DNA from: Myxococcota bacterium
Lineage (GTDB): Bacteria; Myxococcota; XYA12-FULL-58-9; JALHOP01
Reading direction: 5' to 3'
DNA length: 64,000 nt
Assembly: GCA_041288095.1 (NCBI GenBank)
Contig: JBGGMJ010000022.1
Span: forward strand, 4,925-68,924
Positions 39,547 through 49,415 of the stretch are shown piece after piece (position 1 is the first letter of the stretch; the number at the start of each line of letters is the position of its first letter). The notes under the pieces were generated by a model. That model was not told the origin of the DNA. It was given only the letters and a program-made list of their open reading frames with translations, and made no database searches. Both the position numbers and the translations under genes were made by a program.

Positions 39547-41949
39547 CTAGAGCAGGTGTCGGGCGTCCGCCCAGACGAGCAGTGGCAGCGCCGTTGCCCA
39601 CAGCTGCGTCGCGTTCCCCGGCCACGAATCGTACGGCTCGTTCGGCTTGCCGACGAGACCCTTGGCGACGAGACGTCCGTTATCGAAGCCATAGCCGTAA
39701 AGCTCGGAGGTCTGAAGCGGACCGGCGGTGGCCGCGAGCTTCTTGATGATGCGCACCGTGTCGCGTGCGATGGCGGCTTCCTCTGGCTTGCCCGCGCGCT
39801 CGAGCATCTTCGCCTGGTGCGTGAGCGCGGCGACGCCCAAGGCCTCGAGCCAGGTCCACACCAGTGTTCCGTGATAGCGGCCTGGACCCATCATGTCGTA
39901 GAGGCGCGCGTCTCCGGCCAGCGCGGCGTTGGTAATGAGGATGCCGGCCTCGGTGGCAAGGCCCAAGGGATAGGGGAGGGTGATGAGATCGCAAATCGCG
40001 CGCACCGCCTCCGGCCGCGCCTGGCTACCCAACAGACCAAAGAGACCGTCGGACGACATCACGGGGATGCGGTTGCCCTTGGCGTCGAGTGAGACCGCCG
40101 GGAACGTGAGGCCGTCCTTGAAGCGGCCCGTGAGTGGCGAGCCGTTGATGAAATCGTCGATGTGCACGAACGGCTCGATGGTGCGGCTGCCGAAGAACGC
40201 CCGCTCCTCGTCGGTCGCGAGCTCCTTCATGAAGAAACGCAACGCCTTGCGCATCTCGTCCTGGGTCATCTTCACGGTGAAAATGTCGCGGGCATGCGCG
40301 CGCCAGACCGTCGCGTAGCGCTCGAGATTGGCGCTCGGCAGGCCCATGAGCTTCGCGAGCGCGGCGCCCTTCTCGAGGGCCGAGGGGACGAGCTCGAGAT
40401 CGATGCTGCTCGAGAAGACACCGCCGGCTTCACCCACCTCGGAGTCGCGCCAGCTGCCGACCGGCAGGCCGAGCATGAAGCGGACCATCTTCGTCGGATC
40501 GTCGGGGTCCTCGGCGAACCCCTTGGCTTGACGAGTGATGAAGCCCAGGCTTTTCTTGATGTCATCGGCGTTGCTCGCGACGGCGCGTCTCTCGGCGCCT
40601 TGCACCAAGTCCGTGATCGAGGATCGATTGCGGTCAACGAAGGCCTCGCGGGCCGCGGGGTCGAGCTTGGGATCGAGCAAATGCTCGGAGAGCACCGAGA
40701 CGAGCATGAAGTCGTCGTCGACCATCTTGCGGTCACAAATGCGCTCTTCGCAGGTCGTAGGGTCGAGGGTGCCGCCATGCTTCTCGATGTGCTCGAGCCG
40801 CTCGTGCACCGCCTGATCGAGCAGCGACTCCTCGTGGGTCACCTTGCCGTCGGGGCCTAGACGCTCGAGCGCCGCCTGTAGGATGCCTTCGACCACCTTG
40901 GGATCGAGCAGCGGACGCAACATCTGCACCGTCTGCAAGGTGTCGCGACCGAAGTAGGTGAGGAAGCGCCAGCCGCCGGCGAGCGCCTTCTCCTTGAAGA
41001 CGAGCGACGAAAGATCTTCGAGGGCCCGTACCGCCGCGTTGAGATTGGCGGTCTCTTCGGGCGTCAACAGACCTGCTTTGGCGCGCTCGAGATCGGTCTT
41101 GAGAGCTTGGCGGGCGGGACCATTGAGCAGCTCGAGTGGCGCGTAGGGAGTCAGCGGCGGCACGTCGGTGACGTAGGAGACGTCGATGCGCGGCTTGCCG
41201 GCGGCGGTCGCGGTCACGTGGTTGTTCGCATTGACGGACAGGGTCGTGCCGGGACCCGCTTCGATGATCATGCGATGGAGATGGTGCGGTGAGCCGTCTG
41301 CCTTGCGGCCGACCGACTCGCGCTCGAAGACGATGCGGGTCGCTGACTGCTCCACGATGCGCGAGCGAATGGACTTTTCGGGGAGGCCGAGCTTGCCCTG
41401 CATCTGCTCGCGGAGCGCCGTGCGATCGTCGTAGCCGAGGGTCGCGCGGTCGCGATGGGCGCGCGCGCTGTCCAGGAGCGGCGGCTCGAAGGTCACCGCG
41501 CCCTTCGCGTTGGCGCAGACACGTACCTTGGTGCCGGTAAGGCCGCCATCGCGGACGAGGAGGGGATTCGACGCCGAAAGATTCGTGACCCCAGTCTCCG
41601 AAGTCCACCACATGCCGCCGGCGATGTTGTTCGCGGGTTGGACGATGGTGACCATGCGCTTGGCCGCGTGCTTCGGATAGCTCTCGAGGACGATGTGCGC
41701 CTGGGTCTCCGGTGAGACGAAGACGAGATTTTGCTGCATGCCCTCGCGCTGGCGGTCGCCGAGGTCACGCTGGAACACGCGTCGGGTCGCCCCGAGGTCG
41801 GGGAAGGTGACAGGGAGCTTGGCCGGGCCGCCGGGCTGGTCGAGGTCGCGTACCGAGGGTTTCTGACGCGAGCGCGTCGTACCGCGCTCCTGCGTGGCGT
41901 TGGTCGGCGAAGTGCCGGTAACCCCTTGGAAACGCCTATCGACGCGCAA
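39547..41949 (-). CDS. Large conserved-hypothetical protein (~800 aa), possibly an (alpha/alpha)6-barrel glycoside-hydrolase-like fold
   Basis: Long non-shadow ORF. C-terminal YGYGFD...EPYDSWPGNATQLW resembles hydrolase-type motifs, but the fold assignment is speculative. The N-terminal 60 aa are low complexity. Alternative start MQQNLVF. Confidence 0.6.
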   Translation of the reverse strand: MRVDRRFQGVTGTSPTNATQERGTTRSRQKPSVRDLDQPGGPAKLPVTFPDLGATRRVFQRDLGDRQREGMQQNLVFVSPETQAHIVLESYPKHAAKRMVTIVQPANNIAGGMWWTSETGVTNLSASNPLLVRDGGLTGTKVRVCANAKGAVTFEPPLLDSARAHRDRATLGYDDRTALREQMQGKLGLPEKSIRSRIVEQSATRIVFERESVGRKADGSPHHLHRMIIEAGPGTTLSVNANNHVTATAAGKPRIDVSYVTDVPPLTPYAPLELLNGPARQALKTDLERAKAGLLTPEETANLNAAVRALEDLSSLVFKEKALAGGWRFLTYFGRDTLQTVQMLRPLLDPKVVEGILQAALERLGPDGKVTHEESLLDQAVHERLEHIEKHGGTLDPTTCEERICDRKMVDDDFMLVSVLSEHLLDPKLDPAAREAFVDRNRSSITDLVQGAERRAVASNADDIKKSLGFITRQAKGFAEDPDDPTKMVRFMLGLPVGSWRDSEVGEAGGVFSSSIDLELVPSALEKGAALAKLMGLPSANLERYATVWRAHARDIFTVKMTQDEMRKALRFFMKELATDEERAFFGSRTIEPFVHIDDFINGSPLTGRFKDGLTFPAVSLDAKGNRIPVMSSDGLFGLLGSQARPEAVRAICDLITLPYPLGLATEAGILITNAALAGDARLYDMMGPGRYHGTLVWTWLEALGVAALTHQAKMLERAGKPEEAAIARDTVRIIKKLAATAGPLQTSELYGYGFDNGRLVAKGLVGKPNEPYDSWPGNATQLWATALPLLVWADARHLL

Positions 41950-42028
41950 AACGGCTTCCCCGCATTGTCGGATTCCCGATGCAATATCGGCAGGCCGATG
42001 GGCGGAGTTGCGTAGGAGCTTCCGCCGC

Positions 42029-42691
42029 TTAGCCCGCCCCCCAGCCCACCCAGGACTCGCCGTCCTCGCCCAGCTCGTTCTTCCAGATCGGCACGTCCGT
42101 CTTGATGCGCTCGAGCATGGCTCTGCAGGCCGCGAAAGCGGACTCGCGGTGCGGGCTCGCGACCGCGATGACCACCGCGACCTCGCCCACGGCTAGTACG
42201 CCATAGCGGTGGACGACGTGGATGCGCGCGTCGGGGAACGAAGCCTCGCAGTCCGCGGCGACGCGATCGAGCTCCCGACTCGCCATCGGCTCGTAGACTT
42301 CGTAAGTGATTTGCCTGACAGAACGCCCACCTGCGTGGTCGCGGACGGTCCCGAGGAACGTCACCACCGCTCCAGCGGTGGAGCTACGCACCGCGTCGAT
42401 CGCTCGGCCTATATCGATGGGTGTTTCGACGATGCTGCTGCGTGCCGCGCCGCCCGCGACCGGAGGTAGGAGCGCCACCTCGTCGCCTTCGCGGACCGGC
42501 TCGTCGAGCTCGACGATGGTGTGATTGCGGGCCCATCGGACGCTTTTCAAGAGCGGCTCGAGAGCCGGGTGACGCGCCGTCACCGCCGCGACCACCGTGC
42601 GGATGGTAGCCGGCGACACTACATTGACATCCTCGAGCGCACATCCAGCTTGCATGCGACTTCCCCCGAGGTAAACCACTCGTACCTTCAC
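42029..42691 (-). CDS. Molybdopterin synthase MoaD-MoaE fusion (MoaX-like)
   Basis: N-terminal ~80 aa is ThiS/MoaD-like and ends ...LLPPVAGG. The sequence runs on without a stop into a MoaE domain (VVTFLGTVRDHA..., HRYG.L..GE..V.IAV.SPHR..AF.A). GTG start with an AAGAGG RBS 6 nt upstream. The rest of the listed 803-aa ORF is shadow of the + strand kinase. Confidence 0.75.
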   Translation of the reverse strand: MKVRVVYLGGSRMQAGCALEDVNVVSPATIRTVVAAVTARHPALEPLLKSVRWARNHTIVELDEPVREGDEVALLPPVAGGAARSSIVETPIDIGRAIDAVRSSTAGAVVTFLGTVRDHAGGRSVRQITYEVYEPMASRELDRVAADCEASFPDARIHVVHRYGVLAVGEVAVVIAVASPHRESAFAACRAMLERIKTDVPIWKNELGEDGESWVGWGAG

Positions 42692-42760
42692 CGATCGCCT
42701 CTTTTGGGCCGCTTCTTGCGTGCCCCGTACCCCACCGCTTGTTACAGTGTGTGACGCTGC

Positions 42761-44986
42761 ATGGAAGACGCCTTGAACCTGTTGGATGGATTGGACGTCG
42801 ACATTCCAGACGTCCCCCTCCCGGCAGCGCGTCCGCAGCAGCAAGCACCCGCGACTAATCCCGAGTTCTTCGGTCCTTATCAACTGATCGAAGAAGTCGG
42901 CGCCGGTGGTGTCGCCAAGGTGATGCGCGCGCGGCACATCCATCCGCGCTACGCCGAGACGACCTTCGCCATCAAGATTCTCCATCCCGAGCTCTCGCGC
43001 GATCCGAAGGTCGTGCAGCTCTTCCGGCACGAGGCCTACGTGCTGTCGATGCTCAAGCATCCCAACATCGTGCAGACCTTCGAAGGCGGCGTGCAGGACG
43101 AAGAGCTGTTCATCGCCATGGAGTACATCGACGGTCGCGACCTCGAGAACATGCTCACGCGCTGTCAGAAGGCGAAGAGCACGGTCCCGATTCCCGTCGC
43201 CATGTACATCATCGGCGAGGTCTTGAAGGGACTGTCGTACGCGCACGACCTCTGTGACGGCGATGGCAACCGCCTGGCGCTCGTGCATCGCGACATCAAC
43301 CCCGCGAACGTCTTTCTCTCGTACGACGGCCGCGTGAAGCTCGGTGACTTCGGCGTCGCGTCGATGACCGCGGGCCGCGCCGAGAAGTCCCGCGAGACAG
43401 CGGGCAAGGCGGGCTACTTCGCGCCCGAGCAGCTCGCCGGTGAGCCCGTCGATCAGCGCGCCGATCTCTTCTCCATGGGCGTCATGATGTACGAGGTCCT
43501 GTGCAACGAGCGCCTCTTCGACGGCGATGACGCCGAGAAGATCATGCGCTTGAACCGCAAGGCGAAGATCCCGCGCCCCTCGAGAGTGAACCCCGAGATC
43601 CCGCAGGGCCTCGAGGACCTCATGCTCAAGGCGCTCGAGCGCAAGCCCAACGACCGCTTTCCCAATTCGCGCGCCATGTACTTCGCGTTGCGTCCGTTCA
43701 TCCCCGATCCGTCGGGCATGGCGCTCGCGGTGGCGGCGATGGTCCGCAAGGTCTTCCTGCGCGAGCACATCCAGGAGCTGCAGCTGCGTGAAGGTCTCGC
43801 CGGCGGCGGTAGCGCCTCGCGTGGCTCCGGCCAGCGTATCGTGGTGCTCTCGGAAGACGAGCGCGCGCACGCCGCCTTCAGCGAGCTCCTGTCGTCGCGT
43901 GGTTACCGCGTCGACGTCGCGACGCGCATCGAGCAGCTCGCCAGCATGGTGGTCGGCCAGCACGCGCCTAATGTCGTTTTGGCGGACGTGGCGCTGCCGT
44001 CGTTCAACGCCGAGCAATTCGTGCGCGCCCTCGCTCCGGCGCAGCAAACCATCCCGGTCGTCGCGGTGAGCGAGGGGCTCGACACCGCCTGGATCCGCAA
44101 CGCCGACGCCATCGGCTCGGTCGACCTGTTGTTCAAGCCGTTCAACATCGAGCGCGTGCTCACCGCGGTTCGCGGCGCCGTGACCGGGGCCGCGCGCGTC
44201 GCCATCACCGAACCGGCGGTCACCGAAGCTCGTCCGGTATCGCGGACGAAAATCCTGGTGATGACGCGCGATAACTCGTTCACGCACATCATCGCGCAGG
44301 GCTTCGCCGACCGCGGCTACAGCGTCGAGATCGTTTCGAACGGGTCCGAGGCCATCGAGCGCGCCGACCAGACGACCTTCGACGCATTCGTCTACGACGC
44401 CTTCCCGCCGTCGCCCGCCGACCGCTTCTTCGCGTCGCAAGTGCGCGGACGCCCGGGCATGGGGCTCGTGCCGATCCTCTACCTGGTGCCGGCCGAAACG
44501 CAGACGCAGATCGTCGGCCTCGACGCTGACCGCAGCGCCGTTCGCTTGCGCGGCGACTCGACGGTGGTGCTCGCCGAGACCTTGAATCGCTTGCTCGCCG
44601 ACACGCGCTTGGGCCGCTCGTTCATCCGCTACCCGACGACCTTTCCGCTCGAGCTGCGCTACGCCGGACGCGTCTTTGCCGCCGAGGCCATGGACATCTC
44701 GCGCGGCGGTCTCATGTTGCGCTGCGAGCAGATGCCGCCGGTCGGCGAAGAGGTCAGCGTGTCCCTGCGCTTCGACCAGAGCGGTCAGCCCGTCGAGGCC
44801 TCGGGCAGGGTCATCCGCGTCGATCTACCGCGTCACGAAGGCGAGCCGCCGGGCATCGGCGTGTCGTTCGAGCGCTTCGCCGGGCGCGGAGAAGCTCAGC
44901 TGATCGCGCACCTGGCCACGCTCGACCGGAACGCCCAGCAGGTCAAAACCATGATCATGGGTGTGCCAGCGCCAGCCCGGGCGTGA
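42761..44986 (+). CDS. Ser/Thr protein kinase with two receiver-like domains and a C-terminal PilZ domain
   Basis: Kinase motifs (VGAGGVAKV, AIKIL, HRDINPAN, DFG, APE). Two CheY-like segments (RIVVLSEDE...; KILVMTRDNS...). PilZ RxxxR (RSFIR) plus D-x-S-x-x-G (DISRGG). Confidence 0.85.
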   Translation: MEDALNLLDGLDVDIPDVPLPAARPQQQAPATNPEFFGPYQLIEEVGAGGVAKVMRARHIHPRYAETTFAIKILHPELSRDPKVVQLFRHEAYVLSMLKHPNIVQTFEGGVQDEELFIAMEYIDGRDLENMLTRCQKAKSTVPIPVAMYIIGEVLKGLSYAHDLCDGDGNRLALVHRDINPANVFLSYDGRVKLGDFGVASMTAGRAEKSRETAGKAGYFAPEQLAGEPVDQRADLFSMGVMMYEVLCNERLFDGDDAEKIMRLNRKAKIPRPSRVNPEIPQGLEDLMLKALERKPNDRFPNSRAMYFALRPFIPDPSGMALAVAAMVRKVFLREHIQELQLREGLAGGGSASRGSGQRIVVLSEDERAHAAFSELLSSRGYRVDVATRIEQLASMVVGQHAPNVVLADVALPSFNAEQFVRALAPAQQTIPVVAVSEGLDTAWIRNADAIGSVDLLFKPFNIERVLTAVRGAVTGAARVAITEPAVTEARPVSRTKILVMTRDNSFTHIIAQGFADRGYSVEIVSNGSEAIERADQTTFDAFVYDAFPPSPADRFFASQVRGRPGMGLVPILYLVPAETQTQIVGLDADRSAVRLRGDSTVVLAETLNRLLADTRLGRSFIRYPTTFPLELRYAGRVFAAEAMDISRGGLMLRCEQMPPVGEEVSVSLRFDQSGQPVEASGRVIRVDLPRHEGEPPGIGVSFERFAGRGEAQLIAHLATLDRNAQQVKTMIMGVPAPARA

Positions 44987-45078
44987 TGGCCGTCAGTCAC
45001 AGGTGCTCCTGAGTCGTTTTCAGGAACCCTCGGCCAAACGCGTCGATACACGCTGCTCACCATCAGGATGGGTGTCTC

Positions 45079-46146
45079 ATGAGCGTGAGCGTAAGCACGG
45101 GACGCACGGGTGTGTCCGCGCCGGTCTTGGCCCTGTTGCCGGTAGCGCGGAACACCGCGGGAAATCAGGTCCTCGTCGCCCAGGCGTTGGCGCGTCGCGG
45201 CGTTCTCGATGGGCTCACGCGAGACCAGGCTCAGGTCGTCGTCGCCTTCACCGCCGAGAAGCTAGGGGCGCAGTTCGACGCCGAGCGCGACTTGAACGGG
45301 GGGCGCCTCGCGGAGCACGTCGCCGACAAGATCGTCGGCAAAGACGAGTTCGAGAAGGCGCAGAAGAAGTCGAATCGTAAGTCGTGGTGGGTCGCCGGCG
45401 GTTTCTTCGCGGGGGGCATGCTCGCCTCGGGCGCGCTGAATATCGGCGTCGACCTGGCCTTCAAGGCCATCAACCAGCCGTGGGCCGCGAGCGTCAACAC
45501 CGCGCTGTCGCCCGCGCTCTTCGTGGTCAGCGCCGCGCTGGTCGGCGCCGTAACCGGTCTGTTCGTCGAGAAGCTGACGACGCCGGTCGCCGCCTGGTTC
45601 ACGCGCCTGTCCTTCAAGGGCAGCCCCATCAAGTCGCACCTCGACACCAAGCTGGGCGCGAGCTTGATCGATGCCTACAACGGCGCGAACCAGGTCGACG
45701 GTCGCGTCTTCTCGGCGGCGTCGACCCTGTCCTCGCTCATCGTCAACCTCGAAGGCACGCTTTCGGGCGACGGTGGGGTCCGCTCTCTCATCCGCCAGGC
45801 ACGCGCCGGTGGTGCCGACAAGAAAGCGCTCTTGCAAGAAGCTGGTGAGCAGCTCGGCGGCAAGCTCATTCAAACCGAAGTGGCGCACTTCCACCTCGAC
45901 CCGATGTTCACCGAGATCTTCCGGCTCGTGCACGCGAGCGTCGGCGGCATCTTCCGCAAGCTCGACCCGGCCGATCAGGACACGATCATCGAATCCGCTC
46001 TGGCGTACGTTCGTGAAGCGCGTCCGAACGAACCGGATGGTCAGCGACCCGACACCGGCAAGGCCATCGAGACCTACTTCGCGCCGTTTCTCACCCGCTT
46101 GGTGAAGGGCGTGCCGAAGCCCACGGGTGGCGCCAGTGCAAGCTAG
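45079..46146 (+). CDS. Hypothetical membrane protein (glycine-zipper TM; paralogue of the next gene)
   Basis: SWWVAGGFFAGGMLASGALNIGV and a second TM. No recognisable domain. Confidence 0.55.
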   Translation: MSVSVSTGRTGVSAPVLALLPVARNTAGNQVLVAQALARRGVLDGLTRDQAQVVVAFTAEKLGAQFDAERDLNGGRLAEHVADKIVGKDEFEKAQKKSNRKSWWVAGGFFAGGMLASGALNIGVDLAFKAINQPWAASVNTALSPALFVVSAALVGAVTGLFVEKLTTPVAAWFTRLSFKGSPIKSHLDTKLGASLIDAYNGANQVDGRVFSAASTLSSLIVNLEGTLSGDGGVRSLIRQARAGGADKKALLQEAGEQLGGKLIQTEVAHFHLDPMFTEIFRLVHASVGGIFRKLDPADQDTIIESALAYVREARPNEPDGQRPDTGKAIETYFAPFLTRLVKGVPKPTGGASAS

Positions 46147-47878
46147 CCGCGGCAACACCGCCGGGCGCTCTCTGTTCGCCCCGCCGACAGCGAACAATCT
46201 CCAGGGCGACGTCGAGGGCTCGATCGCGCGCGTGGTCGCCAAGCCCAAGGCGAGCCGTGCCCTCTGGGTGTCCGGCGCGGCCTGGTTGGGTGGCGCAGCG
46301 GCCGGCGGCGGCTTGAACCTCCTCGTCAGCAAGTTCTTGCCGACCTACGCCGGCGCCGCGCAGCCGATCATCAACATCAGCACCGACGTCTTGCAGTCGC
46401 CCGGCGCTCTCGCGCGCGAGACCATCACCAATCCGATCAGCGCCTGGATCTACGGCCTCGCGAATTCCGGCGCCGAGACCGCGCCGGCAGTCGAGTTCGG
46501 CCAAGCCATCGGTCCGCGTCTCGCCGGCCAACTCGTCGCCGTCCAGCAGGAGCGCGGCAAGATCGACTCGTGGGTCGTCGGTGAGATGGGCGAGTTCAAC
46601 ATCTACATGCAGTCGGTCGAGGCCGCCGCCCGTAAGGCCAAGGCCCGGCTCGCTTCCGGTGACATCGACGGCGCGGCGCGTGCCCTCGGCGCCGCCATGT
46701 GGTTCGACTGGGGCGTCTGGGGTGAGCTGAGCCCCGACACCAGCCCGCGCATGTTCGAGCTCATGTTCGCGAACGTCCACTCGCTCTTCAAGCGCGTCGC
46801 GCCCGAGGTGCGCATGAAGCTTCGCGAGGCGGTGAAGGCCGAGGCGCTGCGCTTGAACGGCGGCAAGGACGACGGCTTGGTGGTGTTCACCGAGATCGTC
46901 ATGGCGGGTATCACGGAGAACGAGAAGCCGAAGGCGCTGCTCGCGCCCTGGCGCAACGACAAGGGCGCCGCTGGGAAAGTCGGCGAAGGCAAGCACGCGG
47001 ACCCGGAGGCCTGGGTCTCGGACCTACTCAAACACTACTTCGACGACTACGTCCGCCAAAACGGATGGAAGAAGGGTCTCGCCGTCGCTCGCCTCCGGGA
47101 GAAGCTCACGCGCGCCGTCGTCAAGGACGTCACCGAGCTCGAAGCCGCGCGCGGCTACCCGGCCTCCGCGGACGACCTCTGGCGGATGACGCTGCACGCC
47201 TATCAGAAGTCGTCGGGCGAGGGCCTCGAGCTGCGCGCCGCGGGCCTCTCCCTCGCGGCCTACATCGTGGTCGGTGTCGCGGCGGCGTTCGGTAGCCAGG
47301 CTATCTCCAAGATCTCGCCCGACTGGTCGAAGGCCGGCATCAACTCCTTCGTGTTCACGATGTTCGGCTACCTGATGTTTTTCGGAAACTTCTTCACCAG
47401 CAAGATCTCCGCGCTGGGCTCGACCATCGGCTACGGCGGCGGCCAGAAGAAGTCGCTCGGCAAGGCCATCGAACGCGAGGTCCGCAATAGCACCCTACGT
47501 CTCAAGACCCGTGACGCGCGCGAAGACGTGATCCACGGCTACTTCACGACGTTCGCCCGCCAGCTCTCCATGCAGGCCAACGAGGTCGCCGCGGCGATCC
47601 GTGCCGGTGATCTTGACGACGCAGCCGCGGCCATCGCCGGCATCACCCTTGCGGGCAACGTCAGCAACCACAACTTCTGGCCCTATCTCGAGATGATGGA
47701 GCGTTTCTTCAAGCGCATTGGTCCGTACTTCGATGGCATGACCACGGCGCAGCGCGACGAGATCGTGACCAAGGCCGCGGAGATCCTGAAGAGTCAGGGC
47801 GTCACCGCCGAGCAACTCGAGGGCTACTATCGGCCGTTCATGGTCGGGTTGCTGACCGAGAACGTGAAGCTCAGCTGA
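46127..47878 (+). CDS. Hypothetical membrane protein (glycine-zipper TM; paralogue of the previous gene)
   Basis: ALWVSGAAWLGGAAAGGGLNLLV matches the TM motif of the upstream gene. Further TMs in the C-terminal half. 20-nt overlap with the upstream gene. Confidence 0.55.
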   Translation: MAPVQASRGNTAGRSLFAPPTANNLQGDVEGSIARVVAKPKASRALWVSGAAWLGGAAAGGGLNLLVSKFLPTYAGAAQPIINISTDVLQSPGALARETITNPISAWIYGLANSGAETAPAVEFGQAIGPRLAGQLVAVQQERGKIDSWVVGEMGEFNIYMQSVEAAARKAKARLASGDIDGAARALGAAMWFDWGVWGELSPDTSPRMFELMFANVHSLFKRVAPEVRMKLREAVKAEALRLNGGKDDGLVVFTEIVMAGITENEKPKALLAPWRNDKGAAGKVGEGKHADPEAWVSDLLKHYFDDYVRQNGWKKGLAVARLREKLTRAVVKDVTELEAARGYPASADDLWRMTLHAYQKSSGEGLELRAAGLSLAAYIVVGVAAAFGSQAISKISPDWSKAGINSFVFTMFGYLMFFGNFFTSKISALGSTIGYGGGQKKSLGKAIEREVRNSTLRLKTRDAREDVIHGYFTTFARQLSMQANEVAAAIRAGDLDDAAAAIAGITLAGNVSNHNFWPYLEMMERFFKRIGPYFDGMTTAQRDEIVTKAAEILKSQGVTAEQLEGYYRPFMVGLLTENVKLS

Positions 47879-47936
47879 CGCCGCGGTAGCGCACGACATT
47901 GTCGGGTGCCGCGCGCTGCTCTATGGTGCGCGCCGT

Positions 47937-49415
47937 ATGAAACGACTTCTCGCTTTCGCGCTCGTCCTCGTCGCTGCCTGCAAAGACCGTCCGGCCTCAC
48001 CCACCGTGGGTGCCGACGCGCCCAAGGTCGCCGCGGCGGACGCCCAGCCGACACCTCCGCCCGCGCCCGTTTTCGCGGACATCGAAGCTTTCGACGACAC
48101 CTACGGCATTTACTTCCAGGGCCAGAAGGTCGGCTGGATGCGCAGCACCTTCACCCAGGACGGTGTGCTCTCGACCGAGCTCTACGCCAAGGTCGGCGGC
48201 ATGGGGCAGGTCTCCGAGGTTCGCTTCGACGAGAAGCGAGCTTACGGGGTCGACAGGCAGCTAGCGCGTATCTCGTTCTCGCAGAGCGCGGCGACCGGAG
48301 CCGTGCAAGTGGTCGGCGAGCGCCAGGGTGAGAAGCTCAAGGTGACCACCACGGCGGGCGGCAAGAGCTCGTCCGAGGAGATCGTCGCCGCCGAGACCAT
48401 CGACGACGCGCTCGAGCTGCAGAAGCTCGCCAAGGCGCAGAAGGTTGGGGCGACCGCGACCTCCAAGCGCTACGACCCATCGATCCAGAAGATCGTCACC
48501 GCGAATCATGTCACCAGCGGCATCGAGAAGAAGGCTTTCGGTGGCGTCGAGACCGAGGTCGTGAAGATCGACACCACCTATCCGGACCTCGGCATCGCCG
48601 AGAGCGCCTGGGTCGATGCCAAGGGTAAGACCCTCGAGTCGCGCATCGGCGGCTTCTTCGTCGCCCGGCTCGAGCCGCCGGAGGAAGCGAAGCGGCTGGA
48701 CTACAGCCAGGACCTGCTGGTCTCGGCGGTGGTCGCGGTGCCGAAGCCCATCGAAAAGCAGGCCGAGCTCAAGAAGCTCACTGTCCGTTTCAGCGGTTTC
48801 GCGGGTGTCGCCCCACCACCGCAGTCGAAGCGCCAGGCGCAGACCTGGAGCGGCGAGGACTTGGTCTTGTCGCTGACCAAAGAAGCTCCGCCAAAGCAGC
48901 CATGGGCCGCCGACAAGCCGCTGCCGGCCGAGTCGCCCGCCGACCTCGCGGCCACCGCGTTCGTGCAGAGCACCGATCCCGAAATCATCGCCGCCGCCAA
49001 GGCCGCCGTGGGCGACGCCAGCGACGTGTACACCGCGACCACGCGTCTCGCGCAGTTCGTCTATTCGTACGTCGAGGACGAGTATGTTCCCGCTTACTCG
49101 AACGCTCTCGAAGCCCTGAAATCGCGGCGCGGCGACTGCACCGAGCACAGCGTCTTGTTCGTGGCGTTGGCGCGGGCGCTCGGCATACCGGCGCGCGTCG
49201 CGGTCGGCATCGCCTACTGGCAGCCCGGCCATGGTTTTGGCTGGCACGCTTGGGCCGAGGTCTTCGCCGGCGGCGCCTGGTACTCGGTCGACCCGACGTG
49301 GAATCAACCGATCGCCGACGTCACCCACGTGAAGCTCGCCGATGGTGGTCCCGCCGAGCAGGCGCGGATCGTCATGTTGCTCGGCCGCCTGCGCGTGCTC
49401 GATGTCCGAACCTAA
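47937..49415 (+). CDS. Lipoprotein with C-terminal transglutaminase-like (Cys-His-Asp) domain
   Basis: Lipobox LVAAC. The C-terminus has RRGDCTEHSVLFVALARALGIPARV...GWHAWAEV...D, which is transglutaminase-core-like. Confidence 0.75.
   Translation: MKRLLAFALVLVAACKDRPASPTVGADAPKVAAADAQPTPPPAPVFADIEAFDDTYGIYFQGQKVGWMRSTFTQDGVLSTELYAKVGGMGQVSEVRFDEKRAYGVDRQLARISFSQSAATGAVQVVGERQGEKLKVTTTAGGKSSSEEIVAAETIDDALELQKLAKAQKVGATATSKRYDPSIQKIVTANHVTSGIEKKAFGGVETEVVKIDTTYPDLGIAESAWVDAKGKTLESRIGGFFVARLEPPEEAKRLDYSQDLLVSAVVAVPKPIEKQAELKKLTVRFSGFAGVAPPPQSKRQAQTWSGEDLVLSLTKEAPPKQPWAADKPLPAESPADLAATAFVQSTDPEIIAAAKAAVGDASDVYTATTRLAQFVYSYVEDEYVPAYSNALEALKSRRGDCTEHSVLFVALARALGIPARVAVGIAYWQPGHGFGWHAWAEVFAGGAWYSVDPTWNQPIADVTHVKLADGGPAEQARIVMLLGRLRVLDVRT

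Noticed and set aside
42692-44440. Upstream 580 codons of the 803-aa minus ORF containing moaDE
   Set aside because: Overlaps the + strand Ser/Thr kinase, which has clear motifs. The MoaD homology begins at the GTG at 42691, which has a good RBS. The extension is Arg-rich shadow.
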